Origin: an uncultured Bacteroidia bacterium | Lineage (GTDB): Bacteria; Bacteroidota; Bacteroidia; J057; CALLMJ01 | Assembly (NCBI GenBank): GCA_938005475.1 | Contig: CALLNY010000003.1 | Span: 2,540-66,539, forward strand | Direction of reading: 5' to 3' | Length of the DNA: 64,000 nucleotides | Part shown: piece after piece, positions 59,121-64,000 of the stretch | Layout: each line of letters starts with the position of its first letter | Numbering within the stretch: the stretch's first letter is position 1 | The notes under the pieces: generated by a model | Database searches by the model: none | Seen by the model: the letters and a program-made list of their open reading frames with translations, nothing else | Told to the model about the DNA's origin: nothing | Translations under genes and position numbers: made by a program

Positions 59121-60134
59121 TTATTTACAATAATTTTGGTAATTTTTAGGGGCATATAGATTTTCTTTCAGGCTTATGGCCCTTTTCCAGTCGTTACAAG
59201 CTTCTTTCATTTTTCCCATTTCATAATGAATTACTCCACGGGTATTGTAAGTAATACCATCATTAGGATTTAAAGCTAAAGCTTTTTGACAATCTTTAAT
59301 AGCATCTTGGTGCTTGCCCATTTTCAGAAGTACATAGGCACGATTAGTGTAGGCGACATAATAACTAGGATTGAGTTGAATAGCTTTTGAGAAATCATCA
59401 TAAGCGGCTTGCCAATTTTGTAATTGTGTTTGTACAGTACCTCTTTGGTCATAAATAGTTGCTTCATTTGGTTTTAAGGCAATGGTTTTATTGTAGTTTT
59501 CTAATGCTTCTAAATATCTTTGTAGATAAGTTAAAGAAATAGCTTTTTCGTAATAAGCCTCTGAATTTAGGGGATTGATAGCAAGCGCTTCATCGTATTG
59601 AGCAATTGCTTTTTCATATTCTTCCATATCATGGTAAATAGTACCTTTAAGGACCCATGCTTCTTCGTATTTGGGTTCCATTTTTAAGCAAATATCTATA
59701 AAATACAAAGCGGAGTCATACATTTCGATGAGTTGGTAAGTCCAAGCTAAATTATAATAAGCATCCACAAAGGTAGTATCTAACTCTACAACCGTGGCGT
59801 AATGGTCTAAAGCTTTATTAAAGTTCTTTGTAGTTAAATAAACATTAGCTTTTGAGAAATAAGCAATTGGAGAAAGGGGATTAAGTTTTAGAGCTTTATC
59901 AGCATCGGCAATAGCATTTTTGTGGTCTCCTAATAAAAAATTTACACTACTTCTCAAGGACCAAGCCTCAGGACGTTGGGGATCTATTTGTATAGCTTTA
60001 GTAAAATATTCATAAGCTTTTTTTAGGCTATCCGCTTCATAAGCATCTTTTCCTCTTACCAAATAGTCATGGTAATCTTGAGCATATAACACACCAAAAA
60101 AGAAAAGGGTAATATTACTTATGAAACGAAACAT
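59121..60134 (-). CDS. Tetratricopeptide repeat protein (secreted)
   Basis: Signal peptide and about 8 tandem 34-aa TPR units (A..Y/F..A..L.P....A). Confidence 0.8.
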   Translation of the reverse strand: MFRFISNITLFFFGVLYAQDYHDYLVRGKDAYEADSLKKAYEYFTKAIQIDPQRPEAWSLRSSVNFLLGDHKNAIADADKALKLNPLSPIAYFSKANVYLTTKNFNKALDHYATVVELDTTFVDAYYNLAWTYQLIEMYDSALYFIDICLKMEPKYEEAWVLKGTIYHDMEEYEKAIAQYDEALAINPLNSEAYYEKAISLTYLQRYLEALENYNKTIALKPNEATIYDQRGTVQTQLQNWQAAYDDFSKAIQLNPSYYVAYTNRAYVLLKMGKHQDAIKDCQKALALNPNDGITYNTRGVIHYEMGKMKEACNDWKRAISLKENLYAPKNYQNYCK

Positions 60135-60137
60135 ATT

Positions 60138-60677
60138 TTAAGATTGTACTTTTTGAAGAGTTCTCTTAATCTGTTTGATATGGTGTTTCGTATGCAATAT
60201 AAAAAAGTCTAACATATCCTCGATGGTCATATAGCCAGTGATGGGATGTTTGAAAAAAGCTTTATGATAAGAACCTTCTGGAACTTTTTCAATGACCTTC
60301 CAAAGTTCTTTGCGGGTCATATCCCAAATCATATTAAGATCAGAAAAAGTTTTAGGTGCCGGGATTTGCGTTACGGTTTTTGGTGCTTTAAATTTTAATG
60401 GTAGTTTTAAGGCAATTTTCAATAAAATCGTTTTAATTTTACTTTTAAAATTTACAGGCTTGGCTTGGTCTGCTTTTTCTATTTTATTTCGTATATAACC
60501 GATAGATAACTGCTCAATAACCATCAAATGATTGCATATCTCTAAAACAGACCATTCATTTTCAGAGGGTTTTTTTTTGAGAATATCGTTTTCTTTACCT
60601 TCTGTTAATTTGAGAATATCTTTTCTTAAACTCTCTAAAGTTTCAAATTGTGCTTTCCATTGAGTAGGATTTGCCAT
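60138..60677 (-). CDS. DinB-superfamily protein
   Basis: Four-helix-bundle pattern with His triad positions (..EICNHLMVIEQ.., ..HTKHHIKQI..). Confidence 0.6.
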   Translation of the reverse strand: MANPTQWKAQFETLESLRKDILKLTEGKENDILKKKPSENEWSVLEICNHLMVIEQLSIGYIRNKIEKADQAKPVNFKSKIKTILLKIALKLPLKFKAPKTVTQIPAPKTFSDLNMIWDMTRKELWKVIEKVPEGSYHKAFFKHPITGYMTIEDMLDFFILHTKHHIKQIKRTLQKVQS

Positions 60678-60747
60678 ATAAAAAACAAAATTACATTTTT
60701 TCTAATTAAAACCGATTAGTAATAAGTCATTTTTATTAGTGATATAA

Positions 60748-61779
60748 CTAAAAATTTTTGATGAAAGCGGAACGAAGAAAGTGCTTTTCTACATCAAAAG
60801 TAGATTTTTTACCTATATTATCCCAATTTTCTTGGAGCCATTTGTCTGCGATTTCTCTTCCTTTATCTCTTAATTTACATAAGAATTGCCAATTAGTATT
60901 CATTTTAGAGGATTGAGAAAGTTCTTTTACTGCCTCATAAGCAGAAATGGAATGAATAAAAATTTCTTTATTGTTTTTACCCGGTAATTGCACACCATTC
61001 TGAATTAAGTAATTTCGGTAGTGAATAAGTTTGATTTCATTAATCATACTTGAATTAAACGAAATTTCGTTGACTCTATCAGCAATATCACGAGCAGTAC
61101 AAGGAACGTTATCAATATTTACCGAGTTAATTTTTACGAGCAGAATATCACTTACGGGGGTCTCTTCAATTAAAGGAAACATAGGAGGGTTACCCATGTA
61201 ACCACCGTCCCAGTAGTATTCTCCATCAATTTCAACTGCTTGAAATAGGTAAGGTAAACAAGTAGAAGCTAAAAGTACATCAACTGTAATTTCTTCATTA
61301 TGAAATACTTTGGCTGAGTTTGTTTTTACATTGGTTGCACAGATAAAAAGTTTCTTTTTATTGTATTTACGGAGTTCTTCAAAGTTTACAATATCTTCGA
61401 GAATATCTCTCAAGGGATTAATATTAAAAGGGTTAAACATATAAGGAGAAAAATATTGTATCAAGGTATTGAACCACAAATAACCGGGAGATGTAAACAT
61501 ATTGCCGGATTTATCAAAGAGGATTGGTTCAAATAAAACAGAGCCATATTTAGAAATATTTTTCCATAATTGAAAAAGAAGTTCTTTTGCTTTTTCGGGG
61601 CCTCCGATATGTAAACCATAAGCGGTTACCACAGCATTGACAGCGCCTGCACTAGTGCCACAAATTCCCTCAGCTATCAAATTATCCTCCTCTAAAAGCC
61701 TATCTAAAACCCCCCATGTAAATGCTCCATGAGACCCTCCCCCTTGAAGAGCAAGTCCTATTTTTTTGATTTCGTTCAT
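60748..61779 (-). CDS. Patatin-like phospholipase
   Basis: Oxyanion GGGSHGAF, nucleophile elbow GTSAGA and a distal DGG. Confidence 0.88.
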   Translation of the reverse strand: MNEIKKIGLALQGGGSHGAFTWGVLDRLLEEDNLIAEGICGTSAGAVNAVVTAYGLHIGGPEKAKELLFQLWKNISKYGSVLFEPILFDKSGNMFTSPGYLWFNTLIQYFSPYMFNPFNINPLRDILEDIVNFEELRKYNKKKLFICATNVKTNSAKVFHNEEITVDVLLASTCLPYLFQAVEIDGEYYWDGGYMGNPPMFPLIEETPVSDILLVKINSVNIDNVPCTARDIADRVNEISFNSSMINEIKLIHYRNYLIQNGVQLPGKNNKEIFIHSISAYEAVKELSQSSKMNTNWQFLCKLRDKGREIADKWLQENWDNIGKKSTFDVEKHFLRSAFIKNF

Positions 61780-61855
61780 ACTTGCTTGTTTAGTTACTTG
61801 TATAACACAAATTTTTTTACAAAGGTCTATAATTTCTTTTAAAAAAACAAATTTC

Positions 61856-61863
61856 TATTTTTG
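61856..61863 (+). promoter_or_regulatory. -7 promoter box (TATTTTTG)
   Basis: Exact TAnnTTTG ending 5 nt before the in-frame GTG at 61868. Confidence 0.45.
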
Positions 61864-61867
61864 CGTA

Positions 61868-63190
61868 GTGAATTTAGAAAATATTTTAAATTTTCGGCGG
61901 TTAAATCAAATAACCCAAGACCAAAAATCTGCTAGGAGTGACTTCCAAAGAGATTTTGATAGATTGATTTTTTCGTCTCCATTTAGGCGTTTACAAAATA
62001 AAACACAAGTTTTTCCCTTACCAGGGTCTGTTTTTGTGCATAACCGCTTAACTCATTCATTAGAGGTCTCTACTGTGGGGCGTTCCTTAGCTTCATTATG
62101 TTCTTGGGAATTTATTCCCGAAGGAAAAAATGGTTTTGAAAATGCCATGGACTGGGGCAATGCTGTTGCCGCCGCTAGTTTAGCCCATGATATCGGAAAT
62201 CCCCCTTTCGGACACTCCGGTGAAGCCGCTATCGCTAACTTCTTCCAAAAAAATGCTCAACAAACTTGGTTTGAAAGTCTTTCCCAAAAACAAAAAAATG
62301 ACTTTTTACTGTATGATGGTAACGCAAATACTTTTAGGGTACTTACTCATTCTTATCCCACCAAAAGACCCTATGGCTTCGGACTTACATATACTGTCCT
62401 TGCTTCTATTGTAAAATACCCTTGGGCTTCTGTAGAAACCAATCAACATAAATTCGGTTTCTTTCAAGCCGAAAAAGAAATTTTTTATCAACTCTTCCAA
62501 AATCATCATTTAATTGATAAGATGAAAAAATTTTTCCGTCATCCCTTTGTTTATCTTCTAGAAGCCGCTGACGATATTTGCTATACCATTATAGATTTAG
62601 AAGATGCTCACAAACTGAATATCGTAAATACTCAAATAGTTCAAGAATGGTTTTTAGAACTTTTAGAAGATTCTCTCAAACAAGATGCGTTCTTTGAACT
62701 TGATTTAATACAGGATAATAACGAAAAAATAGCTTTCTTACGTGGCAGAGTTATCCATCAACTCATTTTAGACTGCAAAGAGGTCTTTTGCGAAAATAAA
62801 AATAAATTATTAAGCGGGGAAAAAATACCATGCTTAATGGAACAGCTTCCCCCTAAACGGCAAAAAATAATTAACGAAATTAAACTTTTTAGCCAAAAAG
62901 ATATTTATAATGATCGCCGAGTTATTGAGATTGAAATCGCAGGAAAAAAAATTCTCGGAGGATTGTTAGAAGAACTTATAGAAGGTTGGTTTACACATGA
63001 AGCCAATCCTAAAGACCGATTTGCACAAAAGATAGTAAATCTAATTCCTAAACAATTTCAAGTAGGCAAAGAAACTTCTAACTACGATAAAATATTACAT
63101 ATCGTAGATTTTATTTCAGGGATGACCGATTTATTTGCGGTAGAACTTTTCCAAAAATTAAAAGGTTATATATTTCCTAAATTTTCGTGA
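61868..63190 (+). CDS. dgt: dGTP triphosphohydrolase-like HD-domain protein
   Basis: RSDFQRDFDRLIFSSPFRRLQNKTQVF, HNRLTHSLEV and HDIGNPPFGH. No ATG lies near the homology start, so the GTG at 61868 (VNLENILNFRRL..) is chosen. The ORF-track start overlaps the patatin gene. Confidence 0.85.
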   Translation: MNLENILNFRRLNQITQDQKSARSDFQRDFDRLIFSSPFRRLQNKTQVFPLPGSVFVHNRLTHSLEVSTVGRSLASLCSWEFIPEGKNGFENAMDWGNAVAAASLAHDIGNPPFGHSGEAAIANFFQKNAQQTWFESLSQKQKNDFLLYDGNANTFRVLTHSYPTKRPYGFGLTYTVLASIVKYPWASVETNQHKFGFFQAEKEIFYQLFQNHHLIDKMKKFFRHPFVYLLEAADDICYTIIDLEDAHKLNIVNTQIVQEWFLELLEDSLKQDAFFELDLIQDNNEKIAFLRGRVIHQLILDCKEVFCENKNKLLSGEKIPCLMEQLPPKRQKIINEIKLFSQKDIYNDRRVIEIEIAGKKILGGLLEELIEGWFTHEANPKDRFAQKIVNLIPKQFQVGKETSNYDKILHIVDFISGMTDLFAVELFQKLKGYIFPKFS

Positions 63191-63537
63191 AAAAAGAAAG
63201 CATAGTATTAATATGGATTTTTTTATGCTTTTTATATCTATTGAATGATGCCTACTTTCGTAAATTAGAAATAGGATTTTATACGAATTATTGGAATGAT
63301 TTGATTGCTTTACCCTGGGTTTTTGCAAGCATTACACTGATTTACCGATATATGTTAAAAGTAAAATTGTATTACGTAACGGGATATCAGATTTATTATA
63401 CTTTATTAAGTTTTTCTGTAATTTTTGAGGGGATATTACCTATTTGTTTTCCAGAACGATATTATGCGGATATTTATGATGTAGTAATGTACACAATCGG
63501 GAGTTGCATATGGGGATTTATCAGGAAAAAGATATGA
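63187..63537 (+). CDS. Small hypothetical membrane protein
   Basis: 3-4 hydrophobic segments. GTG start in a GTGA overlap with the dgt stop. No family recognised. Confidence 0.35.
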   Translation: MKKESIVLIWIFLCFLYLLNDAYFRKLEIGFYTNYWNDLIALPWVFASITLIYRYMLKVKLYYVTGYQIYYTLLSFSVIFEGILPICFPERYYADIYDVVMYTIGSCIWGFIRKKI

Positions 63538-63544
63538 ATAAAAA

Positions 63545-63892
63545 CTAAAGCGGTAAGCCGGGTTCTGTATTAGGTTATCATTTATCTAAAATGCTTTTTA
63601 CAAATACATTTTAAGCGACCTACCCACTGGCATCAGGCGAGCTACCTTCAAGCGCCAGCCTATTTGGTCTTGCGGCTTCTGAGGTTTGCCCTGTAAGTTA
63701 GTCACCTAACCTACACGTGGTCTCTTACACCACGATTTCACCCTTACCTATTCTTCATAGGCGGTATGTTTCTGTTGCACTGTCTGTTACTTAACATTGC
63801 TGATAAGCACCTTGCCGTTAGCAAGCAGAATGCTCTACGCCGCCCGGACTTTCCTCTGATAGTTCTATCTACCAGCGATAACCCCGCTTTAG
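63545..63892 (-). ncRNA. rnpB: RNase P RNA (bacterial type A)
   Basis: Minus strand contains GAGGAAAGUCCGGGCGGCG (P4 5' strand) and ACAGAACCCGGCUUACCG (P4 3' strand). P1 pairs CUAAAGCGG (63892-63884) with CCGCUUUAG (63553-63545). A TAATTTTG box lies about 5 nt upstream of the 5' end. Confidence 0.9.
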
Positions 63893-63897
63893 TACCA

Positions 63898-63905
63898 CAA
63901 AATTA
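63898..63905 (-). promoter_or_regulatory. -7 promoter box (TAATTTTG) for rnpB
   Basis: Exact TAnnTTTG on the minus strand ending about 5 nt before the inferred P1 start. Confidence 0.6.
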
Positions 63906-64000
63906 TAAAACAATACAATTCATAACCATTAAAATTGCTAAACTAATATTTTTTATTTCTATGATTTATCCGCGTAGCAGTTTGGTATTTAGAAACAGGA

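Noticed and set aside
63960-64000. tRNA-like D-loop string GTAGCAGTTTGGTA at the window edge
   Set aside because: The flanking bases do not form a D-stem or a plausible acceptor stem, and the window ends before anything could be confirmed.
1-64000. CRISPR arrays, transposases, integrases, phage or plasmid genes, tRNA and rRNA genes, toxin-antitoxin or recognisable defence systems
   Set aside because: I saw no direct-repeat/spacer arrays, no DDE or tyrosine-recombinase-like ORFs, no tRNA cloverleaf candidates in the intergenic gaps, and no small paired ORFs of toxin-antitoxin type. This is by visual reading only. The only tandem repeat found is the 33-bp one at 45682-45780.

Overview
AT-rich, gene-dense chromosomal window. 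I place it in Bacteroidota on three grounds: a cargo protein with a type IX secretion (T9SS) C-terminal sorting domain, a PorV/PorQ-like barrel, and the TTG / TAnnTTTG promoter motif upstream of many genes and both RNA genes. All calls rest on reading the sequence and recalling family motifs; no searches were run. Most of the window is housekeeping: tgt, pyrC-like, adk, prfB, pckA, methylmalonyl-CoA mutase, kbl, rnhA, gltA, murI, skp, mutY, cysS, queC, tatA, gpsA and dgt. Around these sit many small outer-membrane beta-barrels, glycosyltransferases and hypothetical proteins. Two RNA genes are clear on the minus strand: SRP RNA (about 8350-8444) and RNase P RNA (about 63545-63892). I saw no tRNA, rRNA, CRISPR array, transposase, integrase or phage genes, and I cannot point to a convincing new multi-gene system. 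The strongest oddity is at 1-3150, where a three-gene RND efflux operon is decaying. The adaptor and pump have two large deletions, and the outer-membrane-factor gene has three 1-nt homopolymer contractions that together return it to the original frame. Weaker leads are: a GT39 plus UbiA-like membrane gene pair; a barrel / B12-mutase / TonB-receptor operon with no visible riboswitch; an operon of animal-like ACMSD, an atypical M19-like hydrolase and a lone ABC permease; a tail-anchored coiled-coil protein with 33-bp tandem repeats; a GC-rich structured island at about 53668-53747; an inverted repeat on the pckA promoter; and several apparently leaderless genes. Many ORF-track starts are N-terminal over-extensions, and I corrected them using signal peptides, homology and promoter position.
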